From Podarcis pityusensis (lineage: Eukaryota), in NCBI GenBank assembly GCA_964106645.2, contig OZ067039.1: a stretch of DNA of 64,000 nt. One strand, given 5' to 3'. The notes under the pieces were generated by a model. The model searched no databases. It was given only the letters and a program-made list of their open reading frames with translations, and was not told the origin of the DNA. Within the stretch, counting starts at the first letter, position 1; each line of letters opens with the position of its first letter. A program made the position numbers and the translations under genes. Of this stretch, positions 14,071 through 28,577 are shown piece by piece.

Positions 14071-14996
14071 CACATAGTTATCCTAACTTGGCAAGCATAC
14101 ATACCTGTGGGTGTAGAAAGAAAAATGGTAAACAGTAAGATCAGAGTGGAATATAATGCAAAAGAAAATACATACTGTGAAAATTATGCTAAGGTTTAAA
14201 TGGAGAATGACAGGGTGAATTACAACAAGGACAAGATTGTGTGTATTCCCTTTAATATTGTTCCGATTAAGAAACCTCAACAAGCAGTTCTAACATTTGC
14301 CTAGTATCCTAGGAGAATTGTTGCTTATTCTCATATCCGAAGAAGGAGCCTCTGTTTTCCACTGGTATAGATGACGCATCATGCTTTGATCCTCAGATAA
14401 AAGACCCTGAAGAAGTGTAAAACGGATAGCCTCTTCCGTTAAAGGGCTTCAGAATCCTTTGCAAATACTAGTTCATTCTCTCAGTATCCCAGTATCCCAG
14501 ATAAAATAGATCACAAAGAATGGAGAAGCCTAACATGGAGAGGAAGATGGGGAATGTTAATTTTAAAGGCTGTAGAAGCAGCGCAGGAAACAACAGAGAC
14601 CTAAACTGCCTACGACTCAAGTTAAAAGTACTTTACAGCAACAGCAGGATAGAGAGGTGGATAAGTAGCTGGCATCTGAAAACTGTGCCTTTCTCTAGTA
14701 GACTAATGATCCCATTCACAAAATCAGTACGCTTAGCCAAAGAATTGTTACTCTGAGCAATCTATTTTAGTACTTTCACCTGCCATGAGCATACTCTACC
14801 TGCAGCTCTTGTTAATGAAGCACATAAATCCAGGGCCAACTGAATCATTTCTCCTTGTTGGAAAGGGTTCAGAAAAGTTCCAAAATGCTCCTTACCCAAG
14901 AGCTCCATAGCTATGGCTGCTAGACTGCCGGGGGATCCAGTAATCAAGTGAAGTGATGACTATACAGCTAATGGCATCACAGAAAGATTTCTAATT

Positions 14997-14998
<2 letters not shown>

Positions 14999-15031
<33 letters not shown>
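14999..15031. repeat. (AT)n microsatellite
   Basis: direct reading. Confidence 0.95.
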
Positions 15032-15032
<1 letters not shown>

Positions 15033-15110
15033 TCAAAATGCAACAGAAATAACACTGAAAACTTCTCAGAATGCAAGTCTCAGAATAGACAAAAGCATTG
15101 GTTGCTTGCA

Positions 15111-16189
15111 TAGAATTGTAGAGTCTATCTAAGTCCAACGCCCTGCAATGCAGGACTCTCAGCTAAAGCATCCATGACAGATGGCCATCCCAACACAAGA
15201 GTCCACCACCTCTTGTGAGAGTCCATTCCACTGTTCATCAGCTGTTACTGTCAAAGTTATTCCTGATGTTCAGAATCTCCTTTCCTCTAACTTGAATCAA
15301 TTGGTTCAAGTCCTACCTTCCAGAGCAGGAGAAAACAAGCTTGCTCCAGACCCCATGTGCCATTTAAATATTTAAATATACATCTGTACATCACCTTCAT
15401 AACATTTTCTTTTAATGCACTGCAAGCTGTAAATTTGATACCTTCATTCCATGTTGACTCATGTTAAGCTTGGGGTCCACTAAGAGCCCAGATTCTTTTC
15501 ACATGTACTGCTAGTAAACCAGGCATCCCCATCTTATATTTGTGGTTCTTCCTGCTTAAGTGTAGATCCTGACATTTGTCCCTATCAAAATTCATTTCGT
15601 TAGTTTGGGCCCAGTTCTCCAATCTGTTAAGGTCATTTTGAATCCTGGTTCTGTATTCTGCAGCATTAGCTACCCCTCCCAGTTTAGTGTCACTGTTGTA
15701 GTCTCGTGCTGCCCAACCACAGCAGAGCTCAATGGCAGGAGAGGCCAGCCAGCCAACCAGCTCAGGGAGGTACTTGCCTGGACACAGTGTCCCTCTGCAG
15801 GGTTTAGTCCAGACCTAGGGTTAGGAGCATCTGAGTTCACATAAGTCAGATGGTCCGGGGCTCAAGAAACCGATGAGTCCAAGGTCAGGAGAAGCAAGAA
15901 GCAGCAAAGTCTGGACAGGAACGACAAATGTTGTTTCCAGCATCTGACTGAGGCTGGAAACCCTGCTTAAGAAAGCTGGAGCCAGCTGGTTCACATCAGG
16001 AGTAAGAAGGCTGATCAGCAGCAGGTGAAGTCACTCTGCCTTCTGCTCCTTCAGGCTGCTGCTCAGCAGGTGAAGCCAATTCCTGGCCCATGACAGTCAC
16101 CTGCAAATTGGATGAGCATCCTTTCAATTCCTCCATCCAAGTCATTTATAAAGATGTTGAACAACAGCGGGCCCAGGACAGAACCTGGC
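15111..16189 (-). mobile_element. CR1 LINE 3' fragment (RT region to tail), interrupted by an LTR
   Basis: minus strand gives [22 protein letters not shown](D)D; CR1 tail tagaattgtagag at 15111. Confidence 0.85.
15694..16095. mobile_element. Solo LTR (402 bp), Gypsy-like
   Basis: TGTTGT...ATGACA termini; perfect 5-bp TSD GTCAC (15689-15693 and 16096-16100). Confidence 0.85.
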
Positions 16190-17839
16190 TGTCAGGGTTT
16201 GGGAGGACTCTGAAGAATGTTGGGCAAAGGAAGGAGACCAGTGATTTATTGGGTTTGACAAAGCAGGGACCAGGGATGATTGGAACTGTAGTCCAGGATC
16301 ACAGCTTCCCTATGCCTACCCTATATCTTTGATGAGGTGCATTTTGCTTCATGAAGGTCTAGGCTGGTGTGGAGTTTGGATGTCAGAATAAAATAGGAGA
16401 CACATAAACTCCATATATTTTGCTCTGAGCGTGTTGTAGGAGGGGCAGATGGAAGTGCAGAAAATAAAATAAACATCACTGGGAAACATTTATGATCTAC
16501 ATAAAGGCTTTTTACCCCTGCAAACTGTAGTTTTAAGTGTCTTGTCTGGGGCTCATAAACAGTGAATGGCATTTTAGGATTAAAAATCCAAGGTTGTGCC
16601 TTCTGTCTCTTTGCCTGGCTTACTAAACAGCTCTTGCTGTCAAAAATGCTAATTGGGCTTTCATGGGGGGTGGGGAAGGCTATCACCAGATGTGTAAATC
16701 TTCTTTTTGCTCCATACCAAAGCTGCTGTACATTTCATAAGACTGGGGAAAGGCGAATGAATCGTCTAAACATCTGACTAACAGTAAATGGATGTAATCC
16801 ATTCCTCGAAAATTCATCTTGAAGAAAGCTTTTCACATAAGAGAAAAGAAATGGAAGAAAACAATGATTTGAAAATACTGAGGTGTCTAAGGTCATTAAC
16901 ATTAAGAAGGTGCAGTAAGTAAACCATGAAATTTAATTAAACTCACACAGACAGGAGTCCAATTGCAATGCCGCGTGGGTCAGAAGTCTTTTGCATTGTA
17001 ATGGAGACATGATTCCATCCATTCTAATTCTGATCCTAACTTCAGATTAATCAGGGAGAGCAGCTTATTCATTAGTTCATGCATGGTCATTACCTGTTTA
17101 AAAGATAAATGATACCAATGCTTCCTGCGGTTGCAATCCTTTCTTATCAGCCTCCTGTGTCTTTGACAGCAACTTGATTGGCAGATGTTAGCAGCTGATG
17201 AAGATGCTTCTGTCTAGTTCATGAAAAGTACCTCCTGCAGATCAAGCTACAATTAAACTCACAGAAGCATGTCAGGCCAGGCCAGGCCTCACCCCACCCC
17301 TTCTTGGTCAGTTGATGAAACTGAAGCTTCTCTTTGGAAATGGCTTGCTCCTGCTGGAGCTGTGCAAGAGTCATATCTTGTGTGATGCAAAGGAATTTAT
17401 GGAAGAGCTAGGCTTATTATTTAGGGAGGGGCACTAGCTCAGTTGTAGAACACATGCTTGGCATGCAGAAGGTATCTGGCTAAAAGGATCCAGTAACCCG
17501 CCAGTGATGGGGAAGACATTTCTGCATGAGACCATGGAGATGCAGCTGGCAGAGTAGACCATCCTGAGCTAGTAGAACAAATAATCTGCCCTGGTCTGCT
17601 ACTGTGTCTTTGAGAGCATTATCTGAAGGCATGTAATTCAGCGAGCAAGATCAATCTAAGGTTTGGTCAGTGTCTGGATGAGAGACAGACTGGAAATCTG
17701 ATGTATTGACCTTTTAGTCCCTGGAAGAAAGTGGGCCATGCATGAAAATAAATAAATCTCAGAAGGCACTAAAAGCAGCTCCTCAGCGAGTGAACAAATG
17801 CTTATCAGCTAAGAGAGTCATGGGTTTTCCATTCTCTTA

Positions 17840-18030
17840 TATTATTTATTACAATTACAGCCTGCCTTTCCTGCAAAGAACTCAAGGCAGTGTATGTAGT
17901 TCTTCCACTCCTGCCCATTTATCCTCACAAGAAGTTTGTGAGATAAGTTAGGCTGCGAGACAGTGATGGACCCAAAGTCATGCATGGAAGTTCATGACTG
18001 AGTGGGGAACCTGAGTCTCTCTAATCCTAG
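17840..18030 (-). mobile_element. Old Squam3-like SINE
   Basis: atcctcacaa..gttaggctgcgaga..ggacccaaagtca..actgagtgggga. Confidence 0.5.
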
Positions 18031-18798
18031 ATGTTGTTGTGCCATCAACATGCATGGTATTTCCTCAAGTACAAGGAGACAAGTCCCTGCCCCAAAGAGC
18101 TTAAAAGCTAAAATTTGGTGTAGGAAACAACAGAGGGAGGGAAGGAAGGGTTTAGTTGCGTTAAGGCAACAGAAGGAGTTAAAATGAAGTTCAAGAATAA
18201 TAGCAGTGCAGCGTTAGTAAATGATAGTTTCTCACCCAACATATAAACCAGGAAAAAACTCCTAAAACAATTGAAAGGTGGAAATGATCCAGTAACTACC
18301 ATGCTTGCAAAGACTGTAGACAGGTGCTTTCATTCTACCCCGGGCTGGATCTAGACACATCAAAAAGGTGTTTCAGGAAAACATGTGCTAAACTTCATAA
18401 ATGGAAATCACATTGGCAAAAGACGGGACTCCCCAGCGCCATCTGGTTACAGTGTTATAACGCATATCAAGTGCTTTCTCTTCACCAATGTAGCTCAGTC
18501 CCTGTATTACCTTAACACTTCAGCTTGCATGTAAAAGCATTTTTAGTTGCATTTGAAAGTGTGCCTTATGTCAGACCTCCATGGCTGATCAGGATTCAGA
18601 TCCATAAAAGTGATAATTGGGCTATTCCTACAGTCTGAGTGGTACAGAGAGTAGTGCCAACTTGGGCTTGTGGGAAGGCACTGCCATCTTTTGCATTCTG
18701 TCCCAGGGCAAGAGGTTATAGATTTGGCACATTAAGTTTCATAGTAATTGACTAGAAGAAAGGAAGTAGGTTGCATATTTAGAAGCTGAAAGGCTTTA

Positions 18799-19040
18799 CA
18801 GTGGTACCTCATGTTATGTACTGTCCCCCTTACGAATGCTGCGGGTTATTCACTCTGCTAACCCGGAAGTAGATGCCCCCTGTTGCAACCTTTGCCCCGG
18901 GATGCGAGCGGAAGTCGCGCTCCAACGGCACGGCAGCAGCAGGAGGCACCATTAGAGAAAGCATGCCTCATGTTATGAGCGGTTTCGGGTTACAAACGGA
19001 CCTCCAGAACGGATTAAGTACGTAACATGAGGTACCACTG
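18799..19040. mobile_element. Tc1/mariner (Tigger-like) MITE
   Basis: TIRs cagtggtacctcatgtta / taacatgaggtaccactg; TA TSD. Confidence 0.9.
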
Positions 19041-20246
19041 TATTTGGTCATCAATTCTGGAGAGGGGAAGGTCCCTGTGCATTTTTCCTTCTCCACTTTT
19101 GCATAAAGTCACCCTGTGACAAATATGTCACTTGACTAAATAAGCCTTTATTAAAAATGAATTGAACAGCAAATCTAGGAAATCTTCCCTAAGCAGCCGC
19201 AGCTTTAGAAGACCAGATTTGCCTTTCTAATTAAAATGCTGTCAGTTTTAAATGTAATTCTCCACAAGAAACAAGTTCTAGGGTAAGCGAACGAGAGTGG
19301 TGGTGGTGGGGAGGAGGCTCAGGAAGCTGCTCAAACAAATTTCAAAGAGATTTATTTTGTATATTTCATGATGATCATGTTCATCTTTCCATCTTAAGTG
19401 TGTTCGGCTGGAGAATTGGTGCCGTTGGTAATAAGCTGTCGAGTAAATGCAAAGTACTGTTAGCTTCAGTTACCTTCAGCAGGGGATCAGATCAAAGAGC
19501 AAGTTGTCTGATGTGCGAGGTTACGTTTTGTTTTTCAAAAATGAGAGATTAGTGTGATACAGTTCTTCCTTTGTTATGCAAAGAATTAATCCATTAATTA
19601 AACCAAAACAAGAGGCCCTGACATAATTTGAGAATGAGGCATCTCCATTCCACACTTGCAGAAAAATTATGTCAAATTAGGTTGTGAGGAGAGTGGAGTG
19701 AAGATTTCTGCGTTGCAAGGAGCAATCTGCATCCGAGAATGTAAAAATTCTTACCTTCAGAATAAAAATCAATGCATGCAAACAGTTTACCAAATGACTA
19801 TGGGAGGAATTCAGTGTGGCACTATGGCAATCATTCCATCAGTGCAAGCATTTCAGCTTGCCAAATCGAATGTTCCCCCCTCTCCTTCCCATGCACACAG
19901 CGGATGGGGAAGCCTGGTTGCACTAGCAGAAGCCGTTCCACAGACTGCCTCATTAGCTGAATCTTGCCCTATGTGCACACTTAGTCATAGGTATCCATCC
20001 TCGGTGTTGAAACAGGTACTAGGTCTGAGCCCTAAAGCTTGGGGTGGAGCACTGGAGGAGCTAATGAGAGAACCATATTGCCTGAGGAAATAAAGTGGAA
20101 TTATGTTCACTACTGCTAGCTTGCCACTTTCTCATTTTTATCTTCCAATCTGTCACCTGCCTGATGCCCTGCCCTCAGTATGTATAGTGCAAATTTTTGC
20201 AGATCAAGCACAAGAGAAGTCATTTCCCCATTAGTTAGCAGCACTC

Positions 20247-20291
20247 ATTATTATTATTATTATTATTAGTAGTAGTAGTAGTAGTAGTATT
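20247..20291. repeat. Compound (ATT)n(AGT)n
   Basis: direct reading. Confidence 0.9.
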
Positions 20292-20599
20292 AAGAGGCCC
20301 TCATAATAATAATAATTTCTATTTTCATTATGACTGCTACTGTTTTTTTCTTCAAGAAAAACCTTCCCTAGCTTTGATGGATAAAGTTTTACTTGTTGCG
20401 TTTTTTAACTAGTCTGCATAGATACAAAAAGTTATGAAATCCCTAATTCCCATTTTTCAACCAAAAAGAGTTGAAGAAGAGGCATGAGGACAGGGTTGCC
20501 GACTGACCAGCATCACCTGTGTTTATGCCTTTAACAGCTACTTGATCCCTAAAAATGATCAGATGAAGGTTTTTCATAGTATGACAATTATACTAGAGA

Positions 20600-20900
20600 T
20601 TATTGCCATGCAGTTAAGCTGAATGTTTGAGGGTTCAGGACAAACAAAAGAAAAGTGCTTCACAGAGCATTAAACTATGGAACTACATCCCACTAGTGAT
20701 GGCCACCACCTGGATAGCTTTCAAAGAGGATTAAATTCATGGTGGACAGAGGCATTGGACCACTGAATATCAGTTGCTGGGAAATGTAAGAGGGAAAAGT
20801 GCTGTTGCACTCAGATCCTGCTTTCAGGCTTCCCATAGGCATCCGGCTAATCACTGTGAGAACAGGATGCTGGACTGATCCAACATAACTCTTCTTATTT
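20600..20900 (+). mobile_element. Degraded CR1 3' fragment
   Basis: ttcaggacaaacaaaag..ttaaactatggaac..gtgatggccacc..gaggattaaattcatgg. Confidence 0.65.
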
Positions 20901-22384
20901 CTTTAAATGAATCACCATGTGTTAATGCTGGCAGATCAAGCTGCCATTAAAGGCACAGGAGCAGTAAAAGAAAAAGAAAAAGGTGGGCAACCCAATGAGA
21001 GATGTCTGTTTCCTAACATAGCAAATTTAATAATGTGCAAGAACCATCTGGTGATTTCATCAGAAGAGGTCCTTTGCTCTCCCCACCACCACCACACACA
21101 CGTTGAGTTATCCAAACATTAATTAAAGCTTTCCTCTGCACAACTGCACCTCCGCTTATTGCTTCCATAGATCTGATTCTATGAAAAAAGATCCTCCTTA
21201 TTCCAAACACCCACTATGTCAATGAAAGAGAATAAATCTAAAGGGCAGGTGCACAAATCCAAATGTCAAGATTTATGACACTGTGCTTTGGGAGTACAGT
21301 ACTAAGCTGAGCTGAAGATAATAATTATTCTCTAATGAACAAAGTGCTTAGAAGGAAACAGCATTGCATCTTCTATTGTGACACAAAGCAGGTAAACCTT
21401 AGGTTTCAAGAGTGGTGGGATTACCCAATGCAGAAAGATTCAGACCTCAGGCTATCGATGCAGGGCAAATGAAACTTTTTTCTGCATGCAGGGGAAAACA
21501 CACCCAAATCCTTAGTGTACCACAAGCGGAGGAAATCCCTCTGTTCCTCCATCAATTAAGATGCCTTCAAAAGAAAATGTATTAAATATCAGCAAAGTAC
21601 CCAGGATGGTTATGTGTGTAGATGTACAGTACATGCATACATACGAACATACATTCTCATGTTGGCTAGCTAATCAGAATCTGCTGAGCAATGTGTTTGT
21701 TTGTTTGTTTGTTTGTTTGTTTAAAAATTAATATTAGGAAAGGGGGAAATGTGTGTTCAATGTTGCCACTAGGGTTCAGACTAAACTTGCCCCCAACATA
21801 TCTAAAATACAGGTTGGTTGCAATATAATGGTTTAGCATTTCATGAGTGTACCATCTTTTTCCCATGGGTTCTTCTTGTCAGATTCAAAACTCAAGCTAC
21901 CACCATAGTTGGAAGTTTTAACACTTTTATGTATGAAGTCAGTATATAGCATCTCACTATGGGTCTACAGGCTACAAACTGATAAGGCATGACAGAGATC
22001 TAAGACACATGGCTAGTGTGAAGATGTTGATCCAACCCTTGGCATTCCCCCTGTGCTCTCATTTTGAAGAGTGGGACGGGCACAGTTATTTGCACAGTTG
22101 ATGTCCCCTGCCTCAGGCTAGGCAAGTAAATAGGTACTCCTTGGTAGACGCTGTACATGTAGGACTTGTTTGCAGTAGCACTGTCACCACTGCATCTCTG
22201 GAGGTGAAGGTGGAGTCGATGGAGCCAGCTCACTATTGGATTTGTCCCAAGTGCCACCCAAGAAAGGGGGCGAGGCTCTTTGGTGGCAAAGGAAGGCAGC
22301 AAAGTCACATCAATGGCTGGTGATGTTGCACTTGGGGTGTCAGATATTGCATGGGCAGACCACTCTCCTGAAAGCCCATTAGAC

Positions 22385-22522
22385 CAGCAGTTCTCAACCT
22401 GTGGATCCCCAGATGTTGTTGGACTACAACTCCCAACATCCCTGAGCTCTGGCCTTGCTAGCTAGGGGTGATGGGAGTTGTAGTTCAACAACATCTGGGG
22501 ACTCACAGGTTGAGAAAGGCTG
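22385..22522. mobile_element. hAT-Charlie MITE with SPIN-like TIRs
   Basis: TIR cagcagttctcaacctgtg / cacaggttgagaaaggctg; perfect 8-bp TSD cattagac. Confidence 0.9.
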
Positions 22523-25500
22523 CATTAGACCCTTCTCATGGATCCATATCTCCCCACCTCCCAGTTCACTGGGACCCTCTCCCAGTTCAGAGTTCTCCTT
22601 GGGTTCCAGTTTCCCATCCCCCAACCCGCTAAGGTCAGCCTCTTCCATTTCTCCTCCATTGCTGCCCACCATCCAACCACCCGCTCCAAGATATCTCCAC
22701 ACGACTCATGCCTTTCATTGAATGTGACATTGAACATTGTATATTTTTAGTGTAGGATTGTTTAACTCTTAGTAGGGGGAAATAGCTTACATGATGGTTC
22801 AGCATCTGATTATGTATCACTGAGCTATTCAAAACCAAAATTAACAAGCCAAGCCCAACTGTCCACAGCGCTCCCTCATCCCCCCTGCTCTCACCCCTAA
22901 GTAATGACAGCAGTATACAATCTGGTAGCGTGAGCCATCAATATAACTGACAGGCAGTTCCCCCCCCCCCGGGGTGTTCAGTGATTAAGAATAAGAAAAC
23001 CATGACTAAGGTCTAAAGGCTGGGATTTAGTTAACTGCAGCTGTGGGAATTTAAGTCATAAAAATATCTTGGCTTCTCAAAAAGGAGAAAAGCTGTATAA
23101 TTTGCAGCTGGAGATGAATATGATTATTTGGCATGCAAATGCAGCTTGTCAGATTGAAGTGGCCGTCATCAGCAGAAATGATGGCATTAAACACTAGCCA
23201 GTTATTCTTGTTTGGTGCCTCTGCGCTTGCTACAAGTGCTTCCAGTTGACAGGAAATGGGAGGGGAAGCAGGAAGGAGGCAGAGAGATGGAAAATCAAAC
23301 AGGAAAGGAATCAGGAGACTGAGCTGCAAGCACAAGAGGGGTGCAGATAGAACAGCCCCTGATTCCTCACCGAAAAAGTGGACATAGAACCTGCATAAAA
23401 TGTGAATATGTTGAGATGCAAATTTAGAAATAATTATTATGATTTAAATAGAAATACAATGCATCTCACCATGGGGGAGAAGACAGTGACTGGTGATGGC
23501 CTGTGTACCTGCTCAGTCTGCCAACATTTGATAGGCAGCTTCAAGGTCCATGCTGCTCTTTCTTCTTAGAGTTCTTTATCTTTAAAGCAGACTTCAAACA
23601 GAGGACTTTCCTCTGTAAATTAGAACACACGGCCATCTAAGGGACAGAGTCTGCAGCGGAATGAGAAGCAGGTATATGAAGGAGAGGTGGTGGGTGAGAC
23701 AGATGCCAGGGGAAAAGAGGGGAGAAGAGGAAGCCAGTGAGGACTGAGGGAAAGTGGGCAGGCAGTGAACTTTCAAGGTCCTGGGCCCAAGAGATAAGAA
23801 AGGAGCAAAGAGGGCAGCAGTGGAAATGTTCAGATTTATCTATTGATATGAACTATGCAGGCCAATCTGTCTATCCTATCTAATGGATACACTTATGCAG
23901 TTTGCTTTTATTTATGCAACTTTGCATAATATATCCATGTATTCAAAGCATTTGACATTTGGGGCAAGTGCTGAGGTGACAGAAGGTGTAGAGAAGTAGT
24001 GAGAGCAAGTCCTTGAGAGCCTCAACAATGGCACAAAATGAGTTAGAAAAACTCTGGCCTGTGTGCTAGCAGGGTGTTTGCAGGTTCGGAGTGTAGAGGG
24101 CTAAGTGACTTGTCCAAGTGGCATCTATAGAGACCCAGCAGCCGGCACCACATTATTCTATTCTTAGTTCCTCAACATATTTGCTAGTCTGCCATCATTA
24201 TATCTTTTTTAAGCTCTGGCCACATTCCTTGACAACTGGTATCTGTGAATCCTGGACGCTTAGAGTCTTTCTTCTAAGAATTCAAAACCAAATGCAGCAT
24301 CTGGACTTGCGATGAGATAGTCATTTTTCCATTTCCCCAGTTTCAGACAAAACTAAAAGTTTCACATTTATTCAGGATGGATTTGCCACTGGGCATGTGT
24401 TCTCTCTGATTTCCATCACCATCTCTCCCTCTCCCTTGCACTCTCTCTCTCTAGCTGACCAGTTGCATTTGTCTAAAAGGATTTCAAATCAAGCTGATAT
24501 AAAGAAGGTGACTGCATCATGTTTGGAAGCTGCACCAGAGTTTAGATGCAATATTTAAATGCAGAGTTTAGTATGATGCAAAAACAATGCATAGTGTAAG
24601 GAGCAAGTCTGATTTAACATTTTAAAATAGTGGAGATCAGCTAAAATGCATTGGTTTCCTCTTCTACAGCAAGCTCTGAAAACCTAGTTCTGCAGTATGG
24701 TTGGTTTTTAACTGGGGAAAAGCCAGCTATGGATGGCTAGAAATCTTCACATCCCTAGGGCTGCAGTCCTGTACACACACTTTCCTGGAAATAAATCTCA
24801 TCGGCTACATGTGATGCTCATCCATAAACTATTGTGTACTAAGTTATTAGTTAGCATCAGATGTGTGTGAATGACTCATGAAGGGTTTTGCTCATGAAGG
24901 TCTCAACTCATGGTCATAGCTTTTTCTGCTCTAACAGACTGATGCACATGGAGACCTATAAACTCAGCTAACTAGCCAGGCTAGAGGCCTTGTACCTTAT
25001 CTTGTGCTAGGAGCAGCTTTAGTCCCAAGGTTGCAATCAACATTCCACAAACGTCAATTTTGCTGCAAGACCACATTTGATAAACCAACAATAAGTCAGT
25101 GTTTGTTAGCATGAAACCAGCTGCAACCCTGGGTTTGGATGCCACACCAAGCTAAATTCTTCATTGTTTGTTTACCCAGTTGTGCACAAGCAGAAGAGAA
25201 GTGGAATGCACAGTATTTCATACTAATAGCTTTTGGCTTAGCATTATGAGCAATTTTACACATTGAGTTATTAGACACAGCTCGTATAGCACTGCAACAT
25301 ACCTTTCCCTGCAGCAGATACTCTTCGTTTTAATAGTTGCAAGGTTTATTAGAGAAACAACAAGGATGAGGTGACAGATGACATGTCAATGAATAAACAC
25401 AAATGTGGTGCTTAAAAAAAAAAGTTGGACAGCCCACCTGAAGCATGGAGTGAGAGGCACAAGGCAAAATGCATGGCTGATCCAGAGCTTGACTTCCTGG

Positions 25501-26360
25501 CTATGCCCATCATGCAAATGGCAAAGCCATCTTTAAATTCTATGCTTGTCATTCACCTCGAACTAGACCAGCAGGGAGGCTCACCTGGTGCCTTCATTGC
25601 ATATCTTTTGGTGCCAGGCAAAAACGTTCCTCTTCTCCCAGGCCTTTGACTAATTGAACCATCTATAGCGTTTAGTAGGGTATTGTTTTTGTTTGTTACT
25701 ATGGTATGTATTTTTGTGTTTTGTATCGCAAGCCACCCTGTGATCCTCAGATGAATGGGCAGTATAGAAATTTAATAAATAAACAAATCAAAATAAACCA
25801 GCACGATGCTTAGGTCTTGGTGGTTCCTACAGTGTGTACTTCCTACCAGCTGGATTAACTAGAACAGGGTGTGATTTTTCCAACTGTTAAGTCACAAATA
25901 TCAGTTCGCAGGAACTTTTCAGGAACGTGGGCAGCTAGTTCCTTCATGATCGTGACACTCCAGCTACCAAGTGGCACAGACGACGAAATGTCACTGCTGT
26001 TGCTTCTTGTGTGAATGCAACGTTTCCCTTTTTATAGCTAGAGCTGCTATTGGCAATTTTGTAATGGGCTGAGCAGAGGAATGGCGTGGGAGGGTGCTTT
26101 TACCATTCACCTACACAGTGCAGGGCTAAGCCCTTTAGCTCCTATCCGTGCCATGCAATGGATGTGAATTAACTTGCCCTTTCAACCACTACTGCTTCAT
26201 CATCCCTAGGATTAATTACAGTTCTGGATTTTATATCAAAGTGGTAAAATGACAATTATTAATGAAAATTATTATTAAACAAATCTCAGCTATTAAAAAG
26301 AAGAAGCAACTTCTTGCACACATGGAGACCCAGGTTCAGAAGGCTCTCCACAGAAGGTTT

Positions 26361-26491
26361 GCTCAGTCAGTAGTGCATAAGACTCTTAATCTCAGGGTTG
26401 TGGGTTTGACCCCCCACATTGGGTGAAAGATTCCTGCATTGCAAGGGGTTGGACTAGATGATCCTCATGATCCCTTCCAACTCTATGATTC
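26361..26491 (+). mobile_element. Squam2-like SINE (tRNA-Lys head + CR1 tail)
   Basis: agactcttaatctcagggttgtggg head; ggttggactagatgatcct..cccttccaactctatgattc tail. Confidence 0.8.
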
Positions 26492-26971
26492 AAGCTTCAA
26501 GGTACAGGAGGCCTCCCTTTCCTGTCTTCTGCCATCGATGGCAACCCCATAACTTTTCTTCTTGGTAATTCCAGTGTTTGGGTCCTTCGCTATTGTTATG
26601 GTGATATTCTTCACATGCTAGTCCAACTTCAGTGGACATAAAACCATTAGGGAAAGGCATGCTAGTTGCAAGTTCCTCCTGAAATCTATTGTTGCTTTCA
26701 TCAGCTGTTGATTGTTCAGGCCAAGATCATTTGTGTGGAGCTGCTTTTCGTAAGCTTGTCGTGTAATTTGTCCTCATGCATCTATGAAAGTGACATGTTT
26801 TAGGATCTGTGTAGAGGCAAGACACACAGAAGTGGTTTATTTACATAGTAAGCTGCCATTGAACAGTTGTTCTCTCAAGGGGCCTCCACGTGCTGATCAG
26901 TATATAGGAAGGTGGCCTCACAGGTGAAATTTGACAAGATACGATAGGTGCTAGTGACTGGAACCTTTTAA

Positions 26972-27442
<471 letters not shown>

Positions 27443-28289
27443 TAATTACACGCTTCCACAGATTACTGAGTAATTACACTTAGCAGCATCAAAAGTAATT
27501 ACCCTGTGACTTGCAGCTCAGGTTTAGAGAATAATAAGTACTTGGTTAGCTCTGTAATTTAATGGTACCATTTGCCCGATGTAAATACATTGGTGTTACA
27601 CTCAAGGGGAGCTTATGTAGCAAGGCCCCCCTCCTCCAAAGTGCACTTCCTTTCAATGGTCTAATGCCCCCTGTTTCTCACTTCCCTCAGCCAGCCCACT
27701 CCATTTATGGAGTGCAGTGCAAATGTGACACTTCAATCGCTCCTACTGTTCATCACATGAGGCTGTGTAATATTGAATCCGGCCATTGGAATACTGTCTA
27801 CCCACAACAGGTTTTCGGAAGTCTTTCCCAGCCCTGATATACCAGTTCACAATTACTGGCGATTCCAGTGATTGAACCTTGAACCTTCTGCAGTACATAC
27901 CATGTATTCTGCCACTGATCAATGGCCTCAATGCAGTGCTAGTTGTAGGAGTTGTGTTCCTAGCCTAGTTCCTAGTATTTTGCCAAAGTATTTGCATCTT
28001 TAGCTGCAAATCCCTCTTTCATTCCATTCAGCCTAGTTCTTGTTCCCTAAAAGGTGCCCTTGCAATCACAGAAACAACAGCAGAGGCCTAGCTGCGTAGC
28101 GCCAACAATCCATGCAATATGTTTCGCCCCATACTCACCACCTATTGGCAGGGATTGTGTGGAGGCCGTTCACCTCTATGAATCAGCCCCCAGCCCCGAG
28201 TCCTTTCTTCTCCCTACCTATGCAATGTGTGGGCACGCAGCCCAGCAAAATGTGTGTCTTCCTTGGTGTATGAATCTCTGCTCTATTAA

Positions 28290-28577
<288 letters not shown>

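Noticed and set aside
16190-16780. Further LTR starting TGTCAGG at the CR1 break
   Set aside because: No matching CA end with a TSD could be located
9705-26491. Inverted Squam2-like SINE pair in one intron as a dsRNA/editing substrate
   Set aside because: About 16.6 kb apart, short and diverged
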